Of a stretch of 64,000 bases of DNA, positions 11,401 through 23,480 are shown one piece after another. The stretch is from assembly GCF_006345805.1 (NCBI RefSeq), contig NC_043002.1, positions 63,302,001 to 63,366,000 on the forward strand, written 5' to 3'. Source of the stretch: Octopus sinensis (Eukaryota). The notes below the pieces were generated by a model that ran no database searches, was not told the origin of the DNA, and worked only from the letters and a program-made list of their open reading frames with translations. A program made the translations under genes and the position numbers. Every line of letters begins with the position of its first letter. The first letter of the stretch is position 1.

Positions 11401-12767
11401 AAATCCCTACATACATACATACATACGTACATGCATATAAATATACATGGAAACAGGCATATATGTATACACACAAACACACGCACATAGATATGACTGT
11501 GGATTTACCATGCCACCGTTGGTTTCATGCAATTGCAGCTGCCTACATTCTATTTAAAAATAAATAGTCTCTATTTCGAAAAACACTAAATCAACAAATA
11601 AGGAATATACGTAGACAATTCTTTCTTACTGATCGTTATTATCTGAAGTATTTACTTTACCGTAGCATTTTTGTAGAGAGAGTTCTGATTATTGAAGATT
11701 ATATTTCATAGAATTATTCCAATTGAAGAATATAACAATGTTCATATTGTAGTTTATAATAGTCAGGTGATATAAATGATAATAAAAATGTTGCTGCATT
11801 TTGTGGAATGACTCATATTATTAAATATTGTGATAAAGATTGAATTTCATTCAATATCTACAATTTAATTTATTCTACTTTCCCCTTTAACAACAAAATT
11901 TACATTATTTGATAAAACCGGATGTAGCTGGTTGTTAGATACGCACAAGCAAACGCAGAACGCTTAGACACATATCACATATATAAACGTTTATAAACGC
12001 ATATATATGAATGTGTATTATGTGTATTATGTGTATGTATATATATATATATATGGACGTTCCTCGATATATAATATGATGTTTAATTAAAATCCCCACA
12101 TTAAACTAGCGTTCTTATATGCAAGATTTAATGCGTTGCCTGACATTGAAAATTTATAAGAAATCATATACCTTATTATGAAACAATGAAAGCACATTGC
12201 CAATGCAAAATTGTCTTAAATCTCACATAGAAATTTTGGTTTGCAGAAATAAGCTAATAATTATGAATTACATAGTGATTATAAAATTGATTGCACAGGC
12301 GTAGGAGTGGCTGCGTCTTAAGTAGCTTGCTTACCTACCACATGGTTCCAGGTTCAGTCCCACTGCGTGACACCTTAGGCAAGTGTTTTCTACTATAGCC
12401 TCGAGCCGCCCAAAGCGTTGTGAGTGGATTTGGTAGACGGAAACTATAAGAAGCCTGTCGTATACATGCATATATATATATATATTCAATAAAGGGTGGA
12501 ATATAATTAATTTAATAAAATTAATCAATTTCACCTAGTAGATTTGTCGGTATGGAAAAGACCATATTTGGTAAGGGTTATAATAATTATAATAAAGGGT
12601 TAAATGCAACAAGTTGCTCAAAACCACATACCGAAAATATTAGAAATAGCAGCTAAAATTGGTCATTATTTCCTCTACTAGTAAAAAGTCTCCACAAACA
12701 AACAGAATTTGTAAGCTGTATATGGCAAAAAAAGGCAGAAAACAACGAAAACCCAGCCTCTGGATTA

Positions 12768-12825
12768 ATTATAGATGACTCGTTTCTGGATTAGAACCGA
12801 AGGTTCATTTCCTTGTCCATATAAT
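12768..12825 (-). ncRNA. Decayed inverted copy of the hammerhead motif (U4>G in the core, ATC at the cleavage site)
   Basis: Minus strand: attata TGGACAA gga..tcc a GAAAC gagtc ATC tataat. Confidence 0.5.
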
Positions 12826-13188
12826 ATTTCCTATAGATCTAGAAATGCTTGGGGAAAAAACTTACCCGTTACACCAGTACGATCTGCTACATCGGACGGC
12901 TTAACGGAACTGCTAGCATTCGTACATCTATAATTTTATTAAATTAATTATATTCCACCCTTTATTGAATATTGAATACTTTTGCTACCTTTCAAGTTAT
13001 CTCCGAATTTTTCGTTTCGTTGGTAATGTTTTTGTGGCTCACGTGGTAGATTTTGGAGGGAAATATGAATTCGCATGTCGGTATAGATGTACGAATGCTA
13101 GCAGTTCCGTTAAGCCGTCCGATGTAGCAGATCGTACTGGTGTAACGAGTAAGTTTTCTCCCCTAGTATTTCTAGATCTATAGGAAAT

Positions 13189-13246
13189 ATTATATTGACA
13201 AGGAAATGAACCTTCGGTTCTAATCCAGAAACGAGTCGTCTATAAT
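13189..13246 (+). ncRNA. Type I hammerhead ribozyme variant with U3-A8 core; predicted cleavage after C13240
   Basis: attata TTGACAA GGA aat GAACC ttc GGTTC taa TCC a GAAAC gagtc GTC tataat; perfect 6-bp helix I; helix III quasi-palindrome ACGA-G-TCGT. Confidence 0.7.
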
Positions 13247-13418
13247 TAATCCAGAGGCTGGGTTTTCGTTGTTTTCTGCCTTTTTTTGCCATATACAGCT
13301 TACAAATTCTGTTTGTTTGTGGAGACTTTTTACTAGTAGAGGAAATAATGACCAATTTTGGCTGCTATTTCTAATATTTTCGGTATGTGGTTTTGAGCAA
13401 CTTGTTGCATTTAACCCT

Positions 13419-13476
<58 letters not shown>

Positions 13477-13981
13477 ATATATATATATATTATATATATA
13501 TATGTAAATATATATATGTATGCGAGTTGTGTATGTGTCTCCGTGTCTGTGTTTGTCCCCCCAACATCGCTTGTGTGTCTGTGTTTGTCCCCCCCCCAAC
13601 ATCGTATGTTTACGTCCCCGTATCGGCAAAAGAGACCGATAGAATAAGTACTAGGCTTACAACGAATAAGTCCTGGGGTCGATTTGCTGGCCAAAAGGCG
13701 GTGTTCCAGCATGGCCACAGTCAAATGACTGAAAGAAATCAAAGAATTAAAGAATAAAGGAGTGGTTCCATGGCACTTTAAAGATTATGTTCAGACATAT
13801 GAAGTATAAGTGAATAGAAAATGTTAAAGTTTAAAATATATGTACAATATGCGTTCTGATTTCGTGAACTTGGGCGCGCGTGTGTGTGTGTTTGTGTGTG
13901 CATGGTGCTTGTGTTCAGGTATATACGTAGGTGTGTAAGTGTATTTAATATTATTTAGCTTCAAGACTCAGGAAGAGATTT

Positions 13982-14017
<36 letters not shown>

Positions 14018-14209
14018 TACAAATAAGAAAATGGAGAAACACATTTAGTGTGTTCATCATCTTTCGGATATTAGAATGATGAATTATTTATTCATTTGAA
14101 AAAATGAAAAACCTTAATAGCATACATATACACCTTATAATTCAATACATATAAGATAAGAATAAAAATTATAAAATTCATAATACAAATCATTAAAATC
14201 ACATACACA

Positions 14210-14241
<32 letters not shown>

Positions 14242-14257
14242 TACATTCATATGTATA

Positions 14258-14327
<70 letters not shown>

Positions 14328-14390
14328 GTGGTAAGGCATTCGTTGCTAAACCCTTATTGCTTAGTATATATATATATATATATATATATT

Positions 14391-14606
14391 ACGTGCCGAG
14401 CGAGCTGCTAATAAGTGTAGCAGACGAGGTGTCCAGTACTGAGGAGTGCCAAAAATAACCCGATACCAGGACTGGCCTACTGGTCCCGTCGCCGGGACAT
14501 GGTAGGTGTTCGCTGCCCTTCTCGCAATTTTATCGGATCTCCTCTTGGGAGAAGACTCTGCTCGAATGAATAGCCATGTTAAAGTGGCTACAAATATTAT
14601 TCATTT
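14391..14606 (+). mobile_element. GC-rich (TA)n-embedded module with a degenerate hammerhead at 14433-14483
   Basis: ccagta CTGAGGA g..c GATAC cag ga ctg GCC tactgg; the GC content contrasts with the flanking (TA)n. Confidence 0.55.
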
Positions 14607-14630
14607 ATATATATATATATATAATAATAT

Positions 14631-14932
14631 TAGGGAATAAATCCAAAATTACAGGGAAAAAATCAGATTTAGGATTAAATCCAATTTTATATATAGATTA
14701 TATATAGATTATATATAGATTATATATATTTATATTCTTTCATTGATAAATTTATATTATTTTAAACTTATATTTTAAAATATTGATATTTTTAGATCGG
14801 AAATCCACCTGACGAATGTCATTTGAAGACATGAAACAATTGTAGTGGCGATTATTTACTTTTATATAAAATTTTTTATGTATTGATTAAGTCTTTCCTT
14901 GTTTGATTTGCAAAATAGTGGTTTTGTCTCGA

Positions 14933-14938
<6 letters not shown>
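14631..14938 (+). mobile_element. (TA)n-embedded module carrying the canonical hammerhead
   Basis: Bounded by (TA)n on both sides; a related inverted fragment lies at 3934-4100. Confidence 0.75.
14802..14853 (+). ncRNA. Canonical minimal type I hammerhead ribozyme; predicted cleavage after A14844 (GUA)
   Basis: aatccac CTGACGA ATGTC atttgaa GACAT GAAAC aatt GTA gtgg cg att: intact core, 5-bp helix II, self-complementary helix III ACAATTGT, helix I ccac/gtgg. Confidence 0.88.
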
Positions 14939-14982
<44 letters not shown>

Positions 14983-15056
14983 GTATGTATATATCGTGTA
15001 TATATATCCATAATATATATTTTCATACATATGGATATATGTATACATATCAAGTT

Positions 15057-15240
15057 GGCGAGCTAGCAGAAACCTTAGCACGCCTCGCAAAATGCTTAGA
15101 GGTATTTCGTCTTTCTTTATGTTCTGAGTTCAAATTCTACCGAGGTGGACTTTGCCTTTCGTCCTTTCGGGGTCGATATATTAAGTACCATTTGATGCAA
15201 TGTGCTAGACCCCTACCCCAAAATTTCGGGTATAAAAGAA
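15057..15240 (+). mobile_element. SINE family A, diverged
   Basis: ggcgagctagcagaaaccttagc..gagttcaaattc..cctttcggggtcgat. Confidence 0.85.
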
Positions 15241-15862
15241 AGTAAAAACATATATATATATGGATACCATCATGTATATATATACTTGTGCACATGTGGT
15301 AGTGTTTCTTTTTATTTATTTATGTATTCATTTTCTCGACTCCTGCTGAGAGAAATCTTGCAACTGATTCTTCTAAGATCTTATAACAACAGATCCTATC
15401 AACCCATTCTCTACACATTTCGGCTCCATTCCAGTTTCGTCATGGCTAGTATCGTACCTTGTCTGTTGATGACAGATAAAATTCATTTTATTGGAACCAT
15501 TGTGCCGTTGTCATTAGAGATGGTGGTGTGATATTTATTGATTTCAGTTCTTCACACGCATTAACAAGAATCCATGAATCACGGTAAAACTACTCATTGT
15601 AGAAGTATTGACATAGAAATGTCGTCACATATTACACTCAGATAAAGACTTGCAGCAACTTAATGAAATTTATTTTACAAATTCAGGAACAAAACTATGA
15701 TTTATTTTCAATCATACATATTTTCAAGCGTACTTTGTTTTCATATTTATTTTAATACATTGCTAGAAACAATGATATAGATAAGATAAGGTTAATATTA
15801 ATGAAGAGGATTGAGTTTCTGGGAAAGTCTGAAAGAATTAGGATTCTACACCTTAAAGCGAA

Positions 15863-16165
15863 GTGGCGGTACATGGCCTATTGTTTAGAGCAGCCGACTC
15901 GCGGTCGCGGAATCGCGGGTTCGAATCTCAGACCGACCGATATGTATGTTTATGAGCGAAACACCTAAGCTCCATGCGTCTCCGGTAGAAGTTAATGGCG
16001 AACTTCTGCTGACACTTTTGTACAACATTCTCTCACTCCTTCCTCCTGCTTTTAGCAGGTCACCGGCGTCCCGTCCGGATGGGGAACCTATTCACCAATA
16101 AAACCGGATAACCGGCCCTTACGAGCCAGTCATGGGTCGAGAAGGAACAAGCAACAAAAAAGCAA
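15863..16165 (+). mobile_element. tRNA-derived SINE family C, tail C2
   Basis: ggtttagagcagccgactcgcgg..gggttcgaatc head; gcgtcccgtcc..ggggaacctat..gaaggaacaagcaaca tail shared with 54490-54792. Confidence 0.85.
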
Positions 16166-16767
16166 CAACCCTAAATCGATGGCAGAAAAGATAACTAGTA
16201 ACATACATATAGAAGATCACGGAGGGGTGGGCTGGAACCAGAGTTTATCGACGATAAAAAAAAACCTTGCAGAAGAATGATCTGCACAATGCCAAACGTC
16301 GCATCCACCTGGTCTAGAGTAAGGACCAGATGCTCAAATAGCTTGGGCTTCCAGCTGTTCAATTCTGGCTGATGCGAGTTATGTATATTATATTAAGGGA
16401 GATATCTCGAATAAGTTCCTTGAAGTTGTGCTTTCCAAGACCGCTGGGGATAGTCGATGGTTTTTGGAAATATCTTTCGACATTATCTTGCACAACCAAC
16501 AATGCCTGTAGGATAAGAAAAAGGTAATAGCGATATAATTGTGACAGAAAATATAAATAAATCGAACAATAACAGTAACACAAAGCTTCACGATAAAAAA
16601 AATTACACTTAATGTACTGTAAGTTAAACAATACCCCAAAATGTAACGGTCATACTGGAGCGCCTTTGATCACAGACATTTCTTTCTTATCAAGGGTAGT
16701 GTTGAGGTTCCTTTAACTTATACAGGTGAGTCAAACCAACAACAACAACAAAAGTAACAAGAGCTGC

Positions 16768-17220
16768 GGTGGAGGCGCAACGGGCCAGTGGTTAGAGCAG
16801 CAGACTCGCGGTCGTAAGAGCACGATTTCGATTCCCAGACCGGACATTGTGAGTGTTTATTGAGCGAAAACACCTAAGCTCTACAAGGCTCCGGCGGGGT
16901 GGGTTGAACTCCGCTGTACTCCACCACAACATTCTCTCATTCTTTCTTTCTACTTCTGCCACAAAGCCACTATGGTGTGGTAAACTTTCAGACCCTAATC
17001 TAGATTGCGAATCCTCTGTACCCCATATGGTTCAGCTCTCCACCCGTTAAAAGCCACCGTTTACGGAATGAGGATAACAACGTAGCTTTCGCGCCCGTGC
17101 AACCGCCAGTGTATCGCTTGTGGTGGATGGATCTTCAAGTTGCCACACGCATTCTTAGTAGCTTAGAGTAGGCTCAAATTAGAGATTATTCTTTGTGGCT
17201 AATGGCGTGAGGCCTGATTT
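16768..17220 (+). mobile_element. SINE family C head with a distinct long tail ending in (GAA)n
   Basis: ggaggcgcaacgggccagtggttagagcagcagactcgcgg..tttcgattccc head; the tail differs from C1/C2 and runs into gaagaagaa. Confidence 0.7.
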
Positions 17221-17293
17221 GAAGAAGAAGAAGAAGAAGAAGAAGAAGAAGAAGAAGAAGAAGAAGAAGAAGAAGAAGAAGAAGAAGAAGAAG
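17221..17293. repeat. (GAA)n tract, about 24 units
   Basis: Direct reading. Confidence 0.95.
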
Positions 17294-17574
17294 ACGACGA
17301 TGACAACAGCTGCGAAAACAATGGCATTGGCAATAGCTGTAAAATTCTAATGGCCAAAAGAATATTGGCAAAAATAACAAAATAGAAGTTACAGTAAAAC
17401 AATAAAATAAATGATACGCCGATGATTTCGATATCACAAATAGAAGCAAAAGTTAGGTACGCTTAAGTCAAGACAATAAGAGGAACGCTAAAGAAAATCA
17501 TTTGGAATAACCAGTAATATTTCGCCGAATCTATATCAGTATGTGCCACTTCAGCAATGGAATAGCAATATTAA

Positions 17575-17624
17575 TTCTTCTTCTTCTTCTTCTTCTTCTT
17601 CTTCTTCTTCTTCTTCTTCTTCTT

Positions 17625-17666
<42 letters not shown>

Positions 17667-17685
17667 TTACTACCACCACCACCAT

Positions 17686-17723
<38 letters not shown>

Positions 17724-17920
17724 ATATTACTACTACTATCACCACCAACACCATCATCACTACTGCAACCACTACTATCACCACCACCGACACTACTACT
17801 ACAACTACTTCTACTACTACTACTACTACTACTACTACCACTACTCCTACTACTACTACCAACACCAACACTACCAATTAAAAACCATCACTAATACTAT
17901 TACTGCCACTACTACAACTC
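17575..17920. repeat. Compound (CTT)n-(CTA)n-(ACC/ACT)n microsatellite
   Basis: Direct reading. Confidence 0.95.
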
Positions 17921-17926
17921 ATAGCT

Positions 17927-18237
17927 ATAGCATGCCCATCTGACAACGTATGCGAAAAGGAAGAAAGAAAATTCGATAGATATGACAGGTTAGCTCAGAA
18001 GGTTAAGCAGTTGTGGTCGATGAAAATTGTCGAAGCCCTGGAAACAATGAGTAAAAGTCTTGAGAAGTACATGGAACAAATCGCAGCTGCAATAATTGTG
18101 CAGAATTTGCAGAAAAAAGCATTGTTTGTACCCGCTAGAATACTGTAGATGGTGTTCGAAAAATACGCTAGTTCACTGGTATTGAACAGCTGGAACCGTA
18201 CTACATCTCCAGCGTTAGAAGCTTGCAAAGACGTTAA
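17927..18237 (+). mobile_element. R4/Dong-clade non-LTR retrotransposon 3' fragment ending in (TAA)n
   Basis: IACPSDN..KFDRYDRLAQKVKQLWSM..LEKYMEQI..LQKKAL..ARIL*MVFEK; 3' UTR agcgttagaagcttgcaa. Confidence 0.85.
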
Positions 18238-18260
18238 ATAATAATAATATAATAATAATA

Positions 18261-18321
<61 letters not shown>

Positions 18322-18359
18322 TTTAATAATAATAATAATAATGATAATAATAATAATAA

Positions 18360-18393
<34 letters not shown>

Positions 18394-18477
18394 TAATAAT
18401 AATAATATATTAATAATAATAATATAATAATAACAATAATAATAATAATAACAACAAAACAATAACAACAACAATAC
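18238..18477. repeat. (AAT)n/(AAC)n tract between the two Dong-like copies
   Basis: Direct reading. Confidence 0.95.
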
Positions 18478-19020
18478 CATGACAATATAGCAAGGCTTGT
18501 CCATTGAACACTTTTAAACAAGTATGGACTTGACAGAGCAAAATGTTAGTATGACCATGAACCCGAAGGCATCATCGAAAAGGATTTTATGATTTAGTGC
18601 GACCATGTGATAGAAAATAGGAAGCCAGACATAGTCTTAATTGAGAAAAAAAAGCCAACTATGCTGGATCATATATAGCATGCCCAGCTGACAACAAGGT
18701 ATGCGATAAGGAACACAAAAAGTTCGATAGATATGACAGGTTAGCTTGGGAGGTTAAGCAGTAGTGGTCGGTGAAAAAGGTGGTAGTAATGCCAATAATT
18801 GTTGGAGCACTGGGACCAGTTAATAAAATTTTGAGTAACTACTTGGACCAAATAGGGGCTGCAGTAAGGGTGCTGAATTTGAAGAGAACAGCGGTGCTTC
18901 GAATCGCTAGTATACTCCAGATGGTGCTCGAAAAATAAGGGATGTTACGTTAGTTCACTGGTAGTGAACAGCTGACACGATAGTACATCTCCAGCGTTAG
19001 AAGCTTGCAAGCACAATAAA
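18478..19020 (+). mobile_element. R4/Dong-clade 3' fragment with the restriction-like endonuclease motif
   Basis: HDNIARLVH*..KYGL..YDHEP..DHVIENRKPDIVLIEKK..IACPADNKVCDKEHKKFDRYDRLAWEVKQ*WSVKKVVVMPIIVGALG. Confidence 0.9.
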
Positions 19021-19040
19021 TAATAATATTAATGATAATA

Positions 19041-19108
<68 letters not shown>

Positions 19109-19668
19109 AAATGCCCTGAAGCAGTACCAGGCAGTGGCTCTCATGGCCTCTGATTTTAACTGATTGGAAGTGTTATCATGTACATTGTTGTGTCTTGGTA
19201 TAAAAAATGGGCTACAGCAAATTTTCTGCTCAATACCACAGATTTGATTATCAGTTGTTTGACCATAACCAGTTGACAATGTCCCTTAGTAGCTGACGAT
19301 ATGTGCATCTCTGATCACGAGCAGAAGTAGTTCGGGAGTATCATAGCCATGTGTTGAGAGGGATTCTTTGTGGTTTGAATAATTCACCTCAGGAAACATG
19401 GGTGTTTTGTTCAACATCCTTAAACAACCCTTATTCAGGGACCTTTTGAGTAGGATGGGTTACTCGACCAGAAGAAAATTCTAACTAGGCCCCACCTGCA
19501 AGGTCATGTGCTGTTTATCTTGATATGAGATCACCATCTCGCGCACATATGGTTGAGATGCATGTGCCTAGTGTACCCTTATCAGACAGGTAGTCATGAT
19601 GGGTATACTGGAATTCGTATATTTTACCCCAGTGTCACTTTGATGGCATGCACTGCTCTCTCACTCAA
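19109..19668 (+). mobile_element. Unclassified ~560-bp complex module between (GAT)n and (AAT)n tracts, probably a non-autonomous retroelement or LINE 3' UTR
   Basis: Complex sequence sharply bounded by trinucleotide tracts and ending ..ctctctcactc(aat)n; single copy in the window, so the class is inferred. Confidence 0.5.
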
Positions 19669-19869
19669 TAATAATAATAATAATAATAATATGACACGGT
19701 GATGACAACTACCATTATTACCGCATCTTATACTGGAAGTGATTCAATTCAACTCTATATGATATGATTATTACTTTTGCTGAAACAATCGCCATCACAA
19801 CTTAAACGATTACAGCAAAACCACAACCACTGCCAATAACAGAATAAATACCAAACAAAAAGCGAAAAT

Positions 19870-20210
19870 ACTAGTAGTAGTAGTGGTAGTAGTAGTAGTA
19901 GTAGTAGTAGCAGTAGTAGTAGTAGTAATAAGAGTAGTAGTAGTAGTAGTAGTGGTAGAAGGAGAACGAAGACTACCCCCACCACTGTATACTCCAACTG
20001 TTTCAACATCAATTATATCGACCAGTACTACCACTTTAACTACTACAATCACCTACAGAGCAACCACAACCACCACCGTTAACAGCAACAACAACCACAA
20101 CAGCCACTACTACTTCTACTACTACTTCTATTATTACTATTACTACTATTACTACTACTACTACTACACTACTACTACTACTAACTACTACTACTACTAC
20201 TACTGTTAAC
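19870..20210. repeat. (AGT)n and (ACT/ATT)n compound microsatellites
   Basis: Direct reading. Confidence 0.9.
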
Positions 20211-20723
20211 ACTACAGACATGAAACCAACAATAACAAGGTAGGAAAAAGAAAAGAAAAGATAAAAACAACTCCATAGTCGACGACGTGTATATCTGCAT
20301 TGATTCATGCGGAAACCATAGCATTTCTGATAGACGCAGATGGCATTGTCGCAAAATATTATGGACTTCTTGGGACAAATGTTTGGTGGTAATGGCTATG
20401 ATAGTTTGGCATGAAAAGTTCCTGTAATGCATTAATATCGACCACTTGTCTTCCAGATTTCCTAAGTATTGATTTCTGCCATATCATCATCATTTCGTTT
20501 CGTTCTCTCACTCGTAGATATGCCGGTAATGTGTGCATATGGGATCAGACATATTTATGTATATATATATATATTATATATATATATATACACTGGCGCA
20601 GATACAGCCAAAGCAGGCAGTGATATAAGTATAAGTGTATATAGATACGTAAAAACATGCACACACGATTACACACACATATATATATACACACACATAT
20701 ATATATATATATATATAATATAT

Positions 20724-20767
<44 letters not shown>

Positions 20768-22074
20768 TATACGCTAACACACAAACACACACACACACAC
20801 ACACACTCTTATGTATACACATTTATATGATGATTACTCCTGTCGATTTCGACGGGAATGAGAACAAGAAAATATGTGAGACAGAAACAAAACAAATTTA
20901 AAAACAAGAAGCTGCATCTATTTGCGATGGATCCTTGAATGTAATTTGCGTCGAGGCATGTATGTACATACGTACGTATGTATGTACGTACGTACGTATG
21001 TATGTATGTACGTATGTATGTATATATGCATGTATGTATGTATGTATGTATGTATGTATGCATGCATGAATATGCTGTTACACTGATTTCAGGCAATGGA
21101 AGGCAGGGCTGATAGGGCAATGAACGCACGTTTCATTATTCGCATGAAGCTCAGAGCGTATATCAGATTGCACTTTATATACATAATATCTTCATTTTTG
21201 ATCCGCTTTTTAGGAGGATATTAACCGACAAATCGTTGCTGTTTATGACTTAAAATTACACTTAAACACATACAACGAAACATTCTCATAGACCATATTA
21301 TAAAGAGATACGTACATTGGTTTATGTATATGTGTGGTTAAATATATCTATATCTAAGCCTATCTAACCCTACTCTTTCAGCTTTCATACATATGTTTAT
21401 GTGTGTGTGGGTGTGTGCGTTTCTGTGTGTTTGTGTGTTTGTGTGTTTGTGTGTGTGTGCGTGTGTATACGTGCGTGCGGGTGTGCGTGTTTGTGTGTAT
21501 ATGTATGTGCATTTGTGTGTATATATAAAACTATATTCATGGCAGGAACTTTTTTTTTTACAAGTAATCTAAAGCTTTACTCTATATTCTACATTGAAGA
21601 TGATCGTGAACGATGGAAGGAAATTATCGCTCTCACATATACAATCCAATATACTGACTTCTAAATACATAGTAGACGTTCGATCTATGCCCTAAATAGA
21701 TAATTTTGTTCCAAACTATAAATGTTGTTTTATTGTAAGCAAAGACTAGAAGAAAGAAAATTATATTGGTTCAATGATACAAAAAATATTTGTTAATAAC
21801 GATAACTTGTCAAACAGTATTTTGAAATAAGAATTTACAGAAATAATGCATCTTTGTTCATTCTTTATTTCGTATTATTTTACAAGTAGTTTTCAGTAGA
21901 GAAATTCTAAACTTAAATTCTTTAGTTTTTTTAATAGAATCAACTATGAAATGTAATGATTAAATTTTAAGATGACGCGATGAAAGTCTTCCGATGATGC
22001 TAAAAAGAACACTAGAGAATATTTCGTTTATTGATTTAGTTTCCAAGATTCTTTATGTGAAATTGTGTGTTGAA

Positions 22075-22290
22075 GCATATTCTGTTGTGTCTGGGGAGAA
22101 TCATTCTCTTTTGGTACCTTATAACCTAACACACTCACCGGTAAAATTTCCACATTTCTATTTTACATATTAAAGTTTTTCTCAAATATTCGTTGCAAGA
22201 GAGAAATGAAAATTTTACTGGTGAGTGTGTTAAATTAAAAGGCAACAAAAGAGAATGACTCCCCCCAGACACACCAGAGAATAATTTAAC
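22075..22290. repeat. ~215-bp palindromic (MITE-like or fold-back) element with ~85-bp inverted arms
   Basis: gtgtctggggagaatcattctcttttg..aacacactcaccggtaaaattt mirrored by aaattttactggtgagtgtgtt..caaaagagaatgactcccccagacac. Confidence 0.8.
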
Positions 22291-23269
22291 TAGATTTCAA
22301 CCTTCACTTTATACTAGTGATTCTCAAGCTTTTAGCACATGCTTCCCAACTGGTCAATATTCATTTGTGTGGGGAAAATTTGGGGCAATGTGGCCGGCTG
22401 AGGAATAGGTAAGTGGCAGGTCATAAGAGCTGAGCCTAATAACTAAATATTCAAAATATCTAATATTATCTAAGATTTTATATCACAGCATCAACGTTCA
22501 TTTGAGGTCAGAAATAAACAAGAAACAGCTGACCATAAATATATCGAAAACATGAAGTTCCTTGGGTTACATGCAGTCTTCCTATCTATGCAATATTAAA
22601 ATACATGTATGGGACAATTCACCCGGTGCCAATGCTTTTACCCACCATTGCATAATTTACAGTTATGTTTATTACTATAAATCTCTTGAAAAGCTGTAGT
22701 TCTCTCCATTCTGCTGGTTATGGAGACCATTTTCAAAATTACCTTTTCTTTATCGTCAGCAGTCTAGTACGGTTAGATTGGTCAAATATGCGACTTAAAC
22801 TGAGATCGTTTTATATCTAATTATACATATACTTTTGAAACTTACGAATGTCAGAATATAACCCCTCCTCGCAAGAGGATTTAAAATGCTGCATTCAGTG
22901 TTTCGAACACGGCATTCATGTCGGTTCACAGTATATGACTATATACGGCTGGATTCATTCTATCACAAACTGATATTACGAAACAAGAAAAGCATATACA
23001 AATATAAAAATGTGCAAGCTGCGTTATAATTTATGTGGGCACCCATGTGAATGAGTTTAATGTGGTGAAAGAACATTGAAACTAATTTAACTGAATGTTG
23101 CGGGAGGGATATTTCATTAATTATGCATAATCATGTTTGTATGTATAAGGAGGCCTGCATTTTTAATATTTTTGAGAGGTTTAGAGGATTTTGGTGTTGT
23201 ATATTGTCTACTAACCACTACACTCTATTATAAACCGATTAATTCCCGCTGGCTTCCTCCAGCAAGAAA

Positions 23270-23480
23270 ACGGTTCGTCAATTGATCACTAATTACCCGA
23301 AATTTGAATTTATTGCCGCCGCACACGACTGCATTGCACAATGTTTAGTATGCAACAATTCTGTGTTTAGCTGTGAGCCTGCGAAACATGGTCGCTTGAA
23401 TGCACAAACACGGCATATTAACATGCAAACCCTGGACTTCTTCCGGAATTTACATCTGAAACACAACAGCCTGAAACAAT
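23270..23480 (+). pseudogene. hAT (Charlie/Buster/SPIN-like) transposase N-terminal relic
   Basis: NYPKFEFIAAAHD..AQCLVCNNSVFSCEPAKHGRL..TRH..LDFFRNL resembles the Y.KFGF..PQC..C...LSNE.MKPS.L..HL.TKH...L.FF motif of that group. Confidence 0.6.

Larger units (their letters stand above)
12486..13420. mobile_element. Penelope-like terminal-repeat-type module with interleaved inverted repeats and two hammerhead-like motifs
   Basis: 12593-12931 is the near-perfect reverse complement of 13083-13420; 12486-12522 is the reverse complement of 12932-12968; flanked by (TA)n. PLE identity is inferred, no ORF seen. Confidence 0.7.
12298..13755 (+). mobile_element. Full SINE family B (head 12298-12462, tail ~13545-13755) split by a 0.93-kb insertion in its internal (TA)n
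   Basis: Head and tail match the uninterrupted copy at 27355-27782. Confidence 0.85.

Noticed and set aside
15808-15862. Tiny CR1-like peptide LSFWESLKELGFYTLKR
   Set aside because: Resembles the 7120-region motif but is too short to call as a feature.
16359-16639. Minus-strand ORFs after a good-looking acceptor at about 16508
   Set aside because: All frames stop within about 50 codons and the peptides are unrecognisable.
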